Positions 22,579-32,152 of a stretch of DNA of 57,042 nucleotides are shown here, one piece after another. The stretch's first letter is position 1, and each line of letters starts with the position of its first letter. This stretch comes from Spartobacteria bacterium (lineage in GTDB: Bacteria > Verrucomicrobiota > Verrucomicrobiia > Chthoniobacterales > DASVRZ01): positions 1 through 57,042 of the forward strand of contig JAYVOE010000079.1 of the NCBI GenBank assembly GCA_043758065.1, read 5' to 3'. A model generated the notes under the pieces. That model had not been told where the DNA came from. It did no database searches and was given only the letters and a program-made list of their open reading frames with translations. The translations under genes were made by a program, and so were the position numbers.

Positions 22579-23357
22579 TCCCGATCAAGACAGCGAAAGA
22601 GATTGACCGCATGCGCGAGGCCGGACGTCGCGCTGGCGAGATCATCGGCAAAGTCAGCGGTCTCGTCCGACCAGGAATTACGACTGGTGAAATCGATCAG
22701 GCGGCGGCTGATTTCACGGCTCAACTCGGCTGCAAAAGCGCTTTCCTCGGCTACCGCGGATTTCCCGGCCACATTTGTATCTCACTCAATGAAGAAGTGG
22801 TGCATGGGATCGGCGGTAAACGTCGCATCCAATACGGCGACATCGTCAAGCTGGACATCGGCGTTTTTTACGATGGCTACGTCGGCGATACCGCGACGAC
22901 CGTTCCGGCTGGTATGGTGGATCCAAAAATACAGCGATTGTTAGAAGTCACCGAAGGTTCGCTTTACCTTGCGATCCAACAAGCGGTCGCGGGCAATTGC
23001 GTCGGGGATATTAGTTCGACCGTCGAAGACGAGATTGTGGCGAATGGATTTAGCGTGGTCCGGGAATTTGTCGGGCACGGCGTCGGGAAAAAACTTCACG
23101 AAGAACCTCAAGTCCCTAATTTCGGTCGTCCGAAATCCGGAGCGAGATTAAAACCCGGGATGACCCTCGCCATCGAGCCGATGGTTAACATGGGCACTTC
23201 AGCTGTAAAAATCCTCGCTGACGGATGGACCGTCGTTACGGCCGACAAGCGTCCGTCCTCTCACTTTGAGCACACCGTTTTGATCACGCAAGGCGAGCCG
23301 GAGATTCTTACGTGGCGAGAAAAATCATCGCTGGTTTCGGCCGCGAATCCGCTCTAA
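22575..23357 (+). CDS. map: methionine aminopeptidase type I
   Basis: NEEVVHGI, GHGVG..HEEP, AIEPM, HFEHT. Confidence 0.98.
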   Translation: MIPIKTAKEIDRMREAGRRAGEIIGKVSGLVRPGITTGEIDQAAADFTAQLGCKSAFLGYRGFPGHICISLNEEVVHGIGGKRRIQYGDIVKLDIGVFYDGYVGDTATTVPAGMVDPKIQRLLEVTEGSLYLAIQQAVAGNCVGDISSTVEDEIVANGFSVVREFVGHGVGKKLHEEPQVPNFGRPKSGARLKPGMTLAIEPMVNMGTSAVKILADGWTVVTADKRPSSHFEHTVLITQGEPEILTWREKSSLVSAANPL

Positions 23358-23571
23358 CTCGGCTCACTTTTTCCTTATGCTGCCTGTTTCCAATAAAATC
23401 CGCTGGCGAATACGAGAAAACACGTTTTTCTCCACATTCCCGCCTTGCCAGTGGAAAAACTTGTGTTAGAGATGTTCCCCCTGCGAAAACGGAAACCCCA
23501 TTTTACAGTTAAAGCCGCCTAGACTGCTGAAAAACGAACGAGACGGCACCGCAACCCAAAAACAATTTACC

Positions 23572-23685
23572 ATGAAAGTTAGAGCCTCAGTTAAAAGACT
23601 TTGCGAGCAATGCCGCATCGTGAAACGCCAGAACGTCGTCCGCGTCGTTTGCAAAAATCCGCGTCACAAACAAAAACAAGGTTAG
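23572..23685 (+). CDS. rpmJ: 50S ribosomal protein L36 (C+ zinc form); not in ORF track
   Basis: Manual translation [37 protein letters not shown]. Confidence 0.97.
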   Translation: MKVRASVKRLCEQCRIVKRQNVVRVVCKNPRHKQKQG

Positions 23686-23703
23686 CCTCATCCATTTTCC
23701 ATT

Positions 23704-24081
23704 ATGCCAAGACTCCTAGGTGTTGAAATTCCCGGCGACAAACGCATCGAAGCCTCCCTTCCGTATATTTACGGCATCGGACCGACGACCGCCAAGCGCA
23801 TCCTCGAACAAGCTAATATCGATCCGAATATCCGGGCGAAAAACTTGAGCAGCGAGCAAATGGGCGAGTTGATCCACGCGATCACGGCCAGCAAATTGCC
23901 GATCGAAGGCGATCTTCGCCGCGAGATTCAGGGCAACCTGAAGCGCCTTCAGGCGATCAACTGCTACCGCGGCATCCGTCATCGTCGCAGCCTGCCCGTT
24001 CGCGGCCAGCGCACCTCCACCAATGCCCGCACTCGCAAAGGCCCTCGCAAGACGGTCGGCGTGCAGAAAGCCAAAGCGTAA
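23704..24081 (+). CDS. rpsM: 30S ribosomal protein S13
   Basis: [23 protein letters not shown]. Confidence 0.99.
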   Translation: MPRLLGVEIPGDKRIEASLPYIYGIGPTTAKRILEQANIDPNIRAKNLSSEQMGELIHAITASKLPIEGDLRREIQGNLKRLQAINCYRGIRHRRSLPVRGQRTSTNARTRKGPRKTVGVQKAKA

Positions 24082-24097
24082 TTTCACGTAACGAATC

Positions 24098-24712
24098 ATG
24101 TCCGAAGAAACCAATTCACCCGCCGAAGAACCCGCTGTAACTCCCGTGGAAAACGCGGATCCAGCGACCACTGAGGCTCCTGCTACTGAAGCCGCCGCTG
24201 CCGAAGCGCCTGCCGCTGCTGAAGCGCCTGCGAAAAAAGCTCCGAAAGCTAAAGCCGTCAAGGCCAAGAAAGAAGCCGCACCTGCGGAAGAGAAGAAAGA
24301 AAACCTTTCGCTCGACAACAACGACATCGAAAAAGTCAAAGTCGTTCGCGCCAAGGGAGCCAAGAACATCCTCGTCGGCGTCGCCCACGTATTGGCCACC
24401 TTCAACAACACCATCGTCTCCATCACCGACCAAAACGGTGCCGTCATCGGCTGGTCCAGCGCTGGCAAAGTCGGCTTCAAAGGTTCCCGCAAAAGCACCG
24501 CTTACGCCGCCCAGATGGTTGCGCAGGACGCCTGCCGTCAGGCCATGGGCCACGGGCTGAAAGAAGTCGAAGTCCGCGTCAAGGGTCCCGGTTCAGGCCG
24601 CGAATCCGCTGTCCGTGCGCTGCAAGCGGTCGGATTGGAAATCAGCGTCATCAAAGACGTCACCCCGGTGCCGCACAACGGCTGCCGTCCACCGAAACAA
24701 CGTCGCGTTTGA
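24098..24712 (+). CDS. rpsK: 30S ribosomal protein S11 with long N-terminal extension
   Basis: [34 protein letters not shown]. Confidence 0.98.
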   Translation: MSEETNSPAEEPAVTPVENADPATTEAPATEAAAAEAPAAAEAPAKKAPKAKAVKAKKEAAPAEEKKENLSLDNNDIEKVKVVRAKGAKNILVGVAHVLATFNNTIVSITDQNGAVIGWSSAGKVGFKGSRKSTAYAAQMVAQDACRQAMGHGLKEVEVRVKGPGSGRESAVRALQAVGLEISVIKDVTPVPHNGCRPPKQRRV

Positions 24713-24750
24713 TCGAAACTGATCCGAGTTACATTCCTATCTAATTTACT

Positions 24751-25362
24751 ATGGCAAGATACACAGGCCCCAAATCGAAGATCAGCCGCCGTTTCGGCGT
24801 CGCTATCTTTGGCCCGAGCAAAGCTCTCGAACGCAAAAACTACCCACCCGGCATGCACGGCCCGAAAGGTTCCCGTCGCAAAACCTCGGAATACGCCCTC
24901 GCCCTCGCTGAAAAGCAGAAGCTGCGTTACCAATACGGCGTCCTCGAGCGTCAATTCCGCCGCTATTTCGAGATCGCACTCACCCGTCGCGGCATCACCG
25001 GCGAAATCCTTCTGCAACTTCTCGAGACCCGTCTCGACAACGTCGTTTTCCGCCTCGGCTTTGCGAATTCCCGCAACGCTGCCCGCCAGATGGTTGGCCA
25101 CGGCCACGTTACGGTGAACGGCAGAAAGGTGGACATCTCCTCCTTCAACTGCCGCGCTGGCGACGTCGTCACGATCAAGGACAAGCCCGCTTCCCGTCGT
25201 TTGGGTGCGAAGTTTGTCGAGCTGACCCAGATCGCTCCGATCCCAGACTGGCTCACGGTGGACAAGGAAAACTTCACCGGCTCTGTCTCCCGCATCCCGA
25301 GCCGCGAGGAAATCGCCCCGATCGTCAACGAGCAGTTGATCGTCGAGCTCTACTCCCGCTAA
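24751..25362 (+). CDS. rpsD: 30S ribosomal protein S4
   Basis: MARYTGP, LETRLDNVVFR, LIVELYSR. Confidence 0.99.
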   Translation: MARYTGPKSKISRRFGVAIFGPSKALERKNYPPGMHGPKGSRRKTSEYALALAEKQKLRYQYGVLERQFRRYFEIALTRRGITGEILLQLLETRLDNVVFRLGFANSRNAARQMVGHGHVTVNGRKVDISSFNCRAGDVVTIKDKPASRRLGAKFVELTQIAPIPDWLTVDKENFTGSVSRIPSREEIAPIVNEQLIVELYSR

Positions 25363-25422
25363 TTCGGTATCGAATTCCGCCGGAAAACTGAGCGGAGTTC
25401 CATTCGATTCACAAAGAAATCC

Positions 25423-25456
25423 AAAAGCCCCGCCCTGTTCGCAGAGCGGGGTTTTT
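25423..25456 (+). terminator. intrinsic (possibly bidirectional) terminator after rpsD
   Basis: AAAAGCCCCGCCCTG-TTCG-CAGAGCGGGGTTTTT. Confidence 0.8.
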
Positions 25457-25662
25457 CGTATTCTGGAACAAGCGAGGAGAGCTTGAGAAACCACACACCA
25501 ATGACGACTTCACCTCAACTCGCTCTCCCCGGTGCCGGATTGCAGACGACTCTGGGCCTTGCCCATCCCTGGGTTGGCGCGCTCAATGTCGTCGGATGGC
25601 ACGCGCTCGCCAGGGTGCATCTTCGCCTGCATCGCGTCCAGATCGAGCGGATTCTGGCCGGG

Positions 25663-26712
25663 CTAAAAAAGACGGTGGAGTTGCATCGCTATCTCCGCCA
25701 ACGCGAGCGCGGCGGGGTTTTGCGGTTCGCTCAGGACAATCGGCTGTCCGCGGTCGCCGCTTTCCCGAGTCGAAATATCGATCGGCACCTCGCCGAGAAA
25801 TGGCACGCCGAGCCGAGTCGCCTCGCGCCGACCGCCGCCCGTGCCAAAGATGTCGTAACGTTTCCCATCGGACGGTGACTCGAAGAAGCTCATGTTCTCC
25901 ACGAGGCCGAGAATGGGGACGTTCACCTTTTGAAACATCGTCGCCGCCTTGCGCGCATCGATCAGCGCGACCTCCTGCGGCGTGGTCACGATCACCGCGC
26001 CAGCGAGCGCGACCGTCTGCACGATGGTGAGTTGAATATCGCCCGTGCCCGGCGGCAGATCGAGAATCAGGAAATCCAGCTCGCCCCATTCCACCTGACG
26101 CAGAAACTGCTGCGTGTAACGCGTCACCATCGGCCCGCGCAGGATCGCCGGGGAATCGTCATCCAGGAGGAAACTCATCGACATCAATTTGATCCCATAA
26201 CGCTCCAGCGGGATGATCTGGTTTTCATCCGTCGCCGCAGGCCGTTCGCGCGCGCCAAACATCACACCCAGACTCGGCCCATACATATCGCAGTCGCACA
26301 GGCCGACGCTCGCGCCTTGTAACGAGAGCGCGGCGGCCAGATTTGAGGCCACCGTCGATTTTCCCACGCCGCCCTTGCCCGACGCCACCGCAATCACGTG
26401 CCGGATGCCCGGAATCGCCGTTGTTCCCGTCGCGCTCGCACTCGGCGGTGCCGAAATATCGATCACGACCTGCACTTTTCCCATGCCGGGGAGCGATTTC
26501 AGCGCGGCTTCGGTGTCGGTTTTGATCTTCTGCGGAATGGCGGCTTCATTGGTGGCGAGCGCCATTTTCACCGTCACATCCTTGCCGTCCAACGTGACTT
26601 CCCGAAGAATTCCAAACGAAACTATGTCGCGCGAGAAGCCGGGATATTTAACAGTTTTCAGTTGAGTGCGAATCGACTCTTCGGTGGGCGGCGTTGAGGA
26701 AAAAAAAGACAT
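25663..26712 (-). CDS. mrp: Mrp/NBP35 (ApbC) Fe-S cluster carrier ATPase
   Basis: N-terminal DUF59-like domain, SGKGGVGKST, LRGPM, DLPPGTGD, VTTPQ, ENMS; likely ATG at 26712. Confidence 0.93.
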   Translation of the reverse strand: MSFFSSTPPTEESIRTQLKTVKYPGFSRDIVSFGILREVTLDGKDVTVKMALATNEAAIPQKIKTDTEAALKSLPGMGKVQVVIDISAPPSASATGTTAIPGIRHVIAVASGKGGVGKSTVASNLAAALSLQGASVGLCDCDMYGPSLGVMFGARERPAATDENQIIPLERYGIKLMSMSFLLDDDSPAILRGPMVTRYTQQFLRQVEWGELDFLILDLPPGTGDIQLTIVQTVALAGAVIVTTPQEVALIDARKAATMFQKVNVPILGLVENMSFFESPSDGKRYDIFGTGGGRREATRLGVPFLGEVPIDISTRESGDRGQPIVLSEPQNPAALALAEIAMQLHRLF

Positions 26713-26796
26713 GGGAGTTAAAGAGAAATGGGGCACCACTAATGAACCGGAAACGTCCCGAATCAAAGCAGGATCTCAGCAAAAGCCATTCGTCTT

Positions 26797-26870
26797 CTGA
26801 AAATAGCCCAGCGCTTCAGCACTGGGATGAAAAAGGGCAGCAATCCACTTAGTCCGCAGGGACGACAGAA
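26797..26870. repeat. REP family B half element
   Basis: CTGAAAATAGCCCAGCGCTTCAGCACTGGG plus GTCCGCAGGGACGACAG; matches 44572-44645. Confidence 0.8.
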
Positions 26871-26892
26871 CTCCAAGTCGTTGCAAGCCAAC

Positions 26893-27136
26893 CTCCGGCT
26901 GAGTGCGTCACACTCCCCAAGCGCCTCCGCTCTGGTCTCCGGGTCGCGCCATAACGCCTCCGGAATTTTCCATACGACTTCCAACGGACTGCGACCCAGC
27001 CTCCGGATGATTCCCACATGGCCTCCGGGTCGATTCCTGCGCGTCTCCGGGTGCATCCCACCGACCTCCGGTGAGTGCAAGTCGGTCTCCGGGTAGGTGC
27101 AAGTCGGTTTCCGGAAAGGTGCAAGTTCACCTCCCG
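26893..27136. repeat. degenerate 21/22-nt periodic array (CTCCGG core)
   Basis: (C/T)TCC cores at 26937, 26958, 26979, 27001, 27023, 27045, 27066, 27087, 27109, 27131. Confidence 0.8.
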
Positions 27137-27292
27137 GCATGGCAAACACCGCAAAACAGCCCGGTTTCCGCCCAAAAACCGCGTTTTTCTGTTAAAACAG
27201 CCCCAAAACAGTGATTTCCCAGCATTGAAGCTTGTCAGCAGACATCGGCTCCGGCATTCTTCTCCTGCCCATTCCCAACCAACTCAATTATT

Positions 27293-28009
27293 ATGAACGA
27301 CCGCGATATCCTCCGTGAAGACCGACTCACCCGCACCCAAACCTTCGGCCGCGCAAACGCTGCCGACTTCGTCGCTGGCAGCAAAGCCCCGGCGCTTTTC
27401 GCCAACATCACCCAAATCCTCCTCGACCTCGCCGCCGCCAAGATCGGCCAGGTCCCCGGACGCGCCTCCAAGGCCGCCTTGCTCGACGCTCTCTGGCTTG
27501 ACTACAAAAACATCGCCCGCACCTCACGCAGCATCGGGGCAGCAGCCCTCGGCGGCTCCATCGTGGATTACGCCGTTCCCGCAGATTTCACTGAAGCTCT
27601 GATCAAAATTCAGGCCGAAAAACTCCTCAGCCTCCTCGAAGACAACATCGCGCCGGTCGGCGGCGACACCCCCGAGCAACTCGCCGCCAAAGCCGCCCGC
27701 TGCGCATTGTTTCTCGAATGGGAAATCCAGGCCGACTTCGTCGAAGACCTCCGCTCCGATTACGACGCCCTCATCGCCGCCAACCAGCTCAACCAGGCAG
27801 AAAATCAGGACGGCGTGGAAAACACCGCCGCCATCGGCGTCCTCCTCCTCAGCGGCGGACAAACCGTGTCCGACCTCGACACCATCATGCAGAACAAATA
27901 CGCTAGGCAGCCCGAAAAACTCCGCGCCTGGGAAAGCGCCAGCCGAGTATACCGCAGCCCGGTTCGGAAAAAGGATGTTCCAACAGTAGGGACTCCTCTG
28001 CGAACTTAA
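27293..28009 (+). CDS. uncharacterised alpha-helical protein next to the repeat array
   Basis: 238-aa ORF with host-like codon bias; amphipathic helices; C-terminal LDTIMQNKY..PEKLRAWESASRV. Confidence 0.82.
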   Translation: MNDRDILREDRLTRTQTFGRANAADFVAGSKAPALFANITQILLDLAAAKIGQVPGRASKAALLDALWLDYKNIARTSRSIGAAALGGSIVDYAVPADFTEALIKIQAEKLLSLLEDNIAPVGGDTPEQLAAKAARCALFLEWEIQADFVEDLRSDYDALIAANQLNQAENQDGVENTAAIGVLLLSGGQTVSDLDTIMQNKYARQPEKLRAWESASRVYRSPVRKKDVPTVGTPLRT

Positions 28010-28139
28010 GGGCGTCGCGATCCTTTCTTAGTTAAACATTTATCCTTAGACCATATAGGAACTGCTTCGGATATAGATCCATGATCTAGTTTTATTTAGG
28101 GTCTTTTGATTGAACGCCGGTGGCATTTGGTCACTCTGA

Positions 28140-28331
28140 ATGTTTGTGAATCAACTTTCAAAAAACAAAAAGCGCTACACGTATGCCGAAAATCTGGATG
28201 CCTATGAGGCGCTCAAAAGGATTGCCGCAAGAGAGCGACTCGATATGGCGGATATAGTGAGGCGTGCCACCCGGAATTTCGTCGAAAATTACCGATGCCA
28301 TCCCCGCCACAACCTATCTTCGTCTGAGTGA
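28140..28331 (+). CDS. small putative ribbon-helix-helix/CopG-like DNA-binding protein
   Basis: KRYTY..YEALKRIAARERLDMADIVRRATRNFV pattern. Confidence 0.55.
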   Translation: MFVNQLSKNKKRYTYAENLDAYEALKRIAARERLDMADIVRRATRNFVENYRCHPRHNLSSSE

Positions 28332-28414
28332 CACCGGTTATTGCAATAACGCTGGTTCTAGAAATCTGATTTTAACTCGTTTCTAACAGAACAGACAATC
28401 CGCCGCTTATCAGT

Positions 28415-29242
28415 TCAATATCCAAAGGTTTTAAGGCGTAATGCCTCGGCTTTTGCTTGTTGTGCATCCCTCGAAGCAGAGTCCGCTTCCGCTCGAGCAG
28501 CGTCCACTTCCCGCTTTAGCTTATTAAGAGGGTCGTTATATTCCTCCTCTCGTTTGAGACGGCGCTGCTTAACCTTGTTCGCGTGTGTATTATTTAGCTC
28601 TCTTAAAAGTGTTATCAAATTAGGTGTGAATCCTCCGGTTGATAATGATTCGAAGGTTTGGTCTGAATCAACCTCCGAGCCATGGCTTATCTTCGCATCA
28701 TTGATTGCCGTGCCGGCAACTCTCCGATTGAGAGCCTCCTCTCGTGCTACTAAGTCCCTTTCCCTTTTGTCTAAAGCTATTTTATCTGCAGCAACTTTCT
28801 CTACTCGAGCTTTCGTTTCGAGGGCTTTCGTATTTTGCCGCTCCTTCTCACAGTCTACCATGAACTGCCGAGCGAATGCTTTGGACCGCTGGTCTTCCTT
28901 CTCCCATTCTTCTTTATAGGTTTCGAAGGCCTTGCGTGCCGCGTATTCTGGCGTGTCCCTCGCAAGAACGGTATCGTAATGATATTTTTTTTGAAGAGCA
29001 TCTGGTAGATCTTCGAAGGGAATCAAATCTTCTCCCCAGTTATGCACAACAAACAAACCTGTAGGTGTCACCTGAGTTACGATCGATTCTCTGTATGTTT
29101 TACCACTTCTTGTAGTGATTGTCTCTTTGGCAAACGCGCTAGAATGCATTAGTGCTAGAAACCAAAAGACGAAGGCTGCGCGCTTTACCCAATTAACGAA
29201 AGACAGCAGATGTGGCGGAGGAACTGTCGGGATCGTATTCAT
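28415..29242 (-). CDS. hypothetical exported coiled-coil protein (AT-rich segment)
   Basis: Signal/TM segment then ITTRSGKTY..IPFEDLPDALQKKY, followed by a charged coiled coil. Confidence 0.65.
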   Translation of the reverse strand: MNTIPTVPPPHLLSFVNWVKRAAFVFWFLALMHSSAFAKETITTRSGKTYRESIVTQVTPTGLFVVHNWGEDLIPFEDLPDALQKKYHYDTVLARDTPEYAARKAFETYKEEWEKEDQRSKAFARQFMVDCEKERQNTKALETKARVEKVAADKIALDKRERDLVAREEALNRRVAGTAINDAKISHGSEVDSDQTFESLSTGGFTPNLITLLRELNNTHANKVKQRRLKREEEYNDPLNKLKREVDAARAEADSASRDAQQAKAEALRLKTFGY

Positions 29243-29337
29243 ATGACGAAGGTAATCAGATTTGCCTAGATTGGAAACGCCAATCCTCAGGCCCCACCTT
29301 TGAATGTTCGCACGACATCCGATCCCATATCTGTTTC

Positions 29338-31308
29338 TCAAGGCAGACGCAGGTCGTAGGTGAGGTGGTTGGGGGCGGAGCGGCGGCATTCATGGCCGGG
29401 TTTGGAGATGGATTTTGGGAAGGGGCCGACAAATTTCGACTGGCCGGTTTGCAGTTGGTAGGTGAGCGTTTTCCTGCCTTGCGAGAAAGAAATTTCAAGC
29501 GGCATCTGGGGCAGGATGCCCGGGTGCAGGCTGGGGTAAAGCGCCGTTTTGCGGAAGCGCAGTCCGGCTCCGTGCAGATTCGCGGGGAAACTTTCCAGCG
29601 GCAGTGATCGCCCTTGCACTCGGATGGAAATTGGCACGTCGGTGGTGATCTCCAGCCGCTCGATGCTAGTATCGACGAAGCGCGAGGTGCTGCCGCCTTC
29701 CAGCGGTTGCTCGCAAAGGAGTGGCCAGCTTTCCAGCGCTTTGCGGATCGTGATGTTAGCAGAATCGAGCTGCGTTTCTAACAAGACCGGAAACCGCCAT
29801 TCCCAGATGTCGCGGAAAACTTTTGAGGGGAGTTCGATCCCATTCTGAGCTAGAAAACCTAACACTTCTGTAAGGTCGTCCCAGAGAAAGCTTGGTAGAA
29901 AAAAGCGGTCTTGTAATTGCGAACTCAGGTCGCGCAGCGGCTCTGAAAACGGCGATGTTAACAAGACGGCGGCTAGCGCGCGCCAGAGCAACGCGACGGC
30001 CGAAGTCCACTCTGCGCTTGGCAATGTTTCGATGGCGCGAAACTCCAATATTCCATGCGCACCGCCGGGAAAACTCACATTCCAAAACTTGTCGAAACTA
30101 ATCTCGCTGCGATGGGTATTTCCGGAACCATCGATGTGGAGGTGACGCAGCGTTTCGTTGATAATCTGCCGGTGATCTCCGCGGCCGAGCGATTCGAGAT
30201 ATTGATAAGCCATCTCGAGATCGTAGAGGCTGCGGGCGGATTCGTCCGTGCGCGGCGCTTGTGAGCTAGCCCCGACATAAGCGCCGGTGAAGAGATAACT
30301 CAGACTCGGATGATGCTGCCAGAAACGCAGAATGCTAGTGACCCAGCTGGGATGCGTGAAGAAGGCGTTTTCCTCCGTGCTCGGTCCGCCCAGACAGATG
30401 TGATTTCCACCACCCGTGCCTGCTTCCATGTCGCCGCTGATTTTTAGCGAACGCAATCCCGTCGCGGTGCCGCACGTCTCGATCGCTTCCATCCAATCGG
30501 CATATTCCGACCAGGTTTCGCAGGGTGGAATATTGATTTCCAACACTCCGGGATCAGACGCGATTCCTAGCTTGGACCAAGTGTTAGCATCGTCCGATGG
30601 GACGTAGCCTTGAAGCCTAACATTGGAAATTTTCAGTCGAGTTAGAACCGATTCGATGTGCTTCAACAGCTTGAGAAATGGCTCTTGCAGCAGCGGCGGA
30701 AAGAAGATGGCGAGCGCATTCGACTGCAACTCGACTGTTAGTGCGCGGCGGCTCAGTTTTTCTGGCACCAGGTTGAGCGGCAACCGTAACCCAGCGGGCG
30801 CGTCCAGCTGCAGCAACTTCATCGACTTCATCTTCCAATCGGCGGAAACGAATTTCTTCCCGTTGTGATCGAGTGGCAGAATCGCCACGCTGGTGGGTTG
30901 CCCTTTGATCCAGCTGGTTTTTAAATGTAATTCCGCGAGAAGCTCGGCGCAGAATCGTTTGTAACTCGACTGAGAAACGGGTTGATCGGAGAACGGAAGT
31001 TCTAACAGTGGCTCGCTGCTTCTCAGGGTTAGAACATTGAGCACCCAACGCGGATTCACTTCACCCGGATAAGTCTTTCCCGGAGAATAAAACATCACGC
31101 TGCCGGGCGCTTTGGTGCGAATCATTTCATCGGCGAACTCGTAGGCGTAACGCAGCTTCGTCGGGCCGACGGCAGTGATCGACCACTCGGGGCCTTCGGG
31201 ATTGTTAGGAACCAGCGTGGGTTCGCCGCCTTGGGTGAGGCGGACGCGTTTTCGCCTGAGAAGAGTTTCGACTTTTTTGGCCGGAGTTAGAAGCGTATCA
31301 GGGATCAT
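29338..31308 (-). CDS. DUF2126-type putative amidoligase (transglutaminase-associated)
   Basis: LTQGGEPT, PDPGVLE-like SDPGVLEIN, GTGGGNH, HPSLSYLF, GNTHRSEI..DK, EFRA, FVDTSIER. Confidence 0.88.
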   Translation of the reverse strand: MIPDTLLTPAKKVETLLRRKRVRLTQGGEPTLVPNNPEGPEWSITAVGPTKLRYAYEFADEMIRTKAPGSVMFYSPGKTYPGEVNPRWVLNVLTLRSSEPLLELPFSDQPVSQSSYKRFCAELLAELHLKTSWIKGQPTSVAILPLDHNGKKFVSADWKMKSMKLLQLDAPAGLRLPLNLVPEKLSRRALTVELQSNALAIFFPPLLQEPFLKLLKHIESVLTRLKISNVRLQGYVPSDDANTWSKLGIASDPGVLEINIPPCETWSEYADWMEAIETCGTATGLRSLKISGDMEAGTGGGNHICLGGPSTEENAFFTHPSWVTSILRFWQHHPSLSYLFTGAYVGASSQAPRTDESARSLYDLEMAYQYLESLGRGDHRQIINETLRHLHIDGSGNTHRSEISFDKFWNVSFPGGAHGILEFRAIETLPSAEWTSAVALLWRALAAVLLTSPFSEPLRDLSSQLQDRFFLPSFLWDDLTEVLGFLAQNGIELPSKVFRDIWEWRFPVLLETQLDSANITIRKALESWPLLCEQPLEGGSTSRFVDTSIERLEITTDVPISIRVQGRSLPLESFPANLHGAGLRFRKTALYPSLHPGILPQMPLEISFSQGRKTLTYQLQTGQSKFVGPFPKSISKPGHECRRSAPNHLTYDLRLP

Positions 31309-32152
31309 TCTCGATAGTTAGTGAGGACGTCAGACGGGCGGCGATCATTTCGTTGCCATAGTAACTGCCGGAAGTCGGAGAAATATCGTCGGGGTGCAAA
31401 CCGACGGCAGTTGGAATGAAATGGTGGTCGCAAAGCACGCCATTGGTTGGATCCATTCCTAACCATCCGGCACCGGGAATGTAGGCCTCGATCCAGGCGT
31501 GAAGACTGCCCTCGGCGCGTCGATCTTCCTCGGCTTTATCGAACTCGGCGACATAGCCGCTGACGAGTCGAACGGCGACTCCCGCGCTGCGCAAAAGGGA
31601 TGCGGCTAACCTGGAAAAATCGCGGCAGGCTCCCACTTTCGTGCGTAAGGTTTCCGATGGCAGCATGGCTTGACCTTCCTCGCGGCGTTCGTAGCTAATG
31701 TTAGCAAACAGGGCGCGGTTCAGTTCTAGCAAAGCGTCCAGCGTGGGCATGTCCTTTTCGTAATTCCACAAGTCCTGCGCTTCGGCTTTTTCGGAGTCGG
31801 GCTGTTGTAAGTAGGGTGTCAGGACGTGCTGTTCTGCAGGTTTGTAAATGAACGGAAAACGAATCGCATGGGAGTCGATGAGAAAGTCGAACGCGCTGCG
31901 TTCTTCTAACATTAGGATCAAACTCAAATCAAAATCCAGCACGGTGCCTTTGTTAGGAAAAAAACAACGCGCGACCTGGTTGTCGAAGAGATCACGGCGA
32001 TGATTGACGATGGCATCGTCGGCCGTTTTGAAGTGAGTCTCAAGAATTTGGATGAAGCTTTCCTGCCTGGGAAACAGTCGAACGAGATGCGGCGAAAAAC
32101 TGGCGAGCCGCTCGTATTCGTAACGGGTCTGACTGTGAATGCAAAGCTTCAT
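31298..32152 (-). CDS. transglutaminase-like protein
   Basis: GACRDF, RLVSGY, LHAWIEAYIPGAGWLGMDPTN (Cys-His-Asp). Confidence 0.92.
   Translation of the reverse strand: MKLCIHSQTRYEYERLASFSPHLVRLFPRQESFIQILETHFKTADDAIVNHRRDLFDNQVARCFFPNKGTVLDFDLSLILMLEERSAFDFLIDSHAIRFPFIYKPAEQHVLTPYLQQPDSEKAEAQDLWNYEKDMPTLDALLELNRALFANISYERREEGQAMLPSETLRTKVGACRDFSRLAASLLRSAGVAVRLVSGYVAEFDKAEEDRRAEGSLHAWIEAYIPGAGWLGMDPTNGVLCDHHFIPTAVGLHPDDISPTSGSYYGNEMIAARLTSSLTIENDP

Noticed and set aside
26893-27136. 21-22-nt arrays as canonical CRISPR or TIGR arrays
   Set aside because: The whole unit is only 21-22 nt with a ~6-nt core; no cas or Nop-domain gene recognised nearby. Kept as an unexplained array instead
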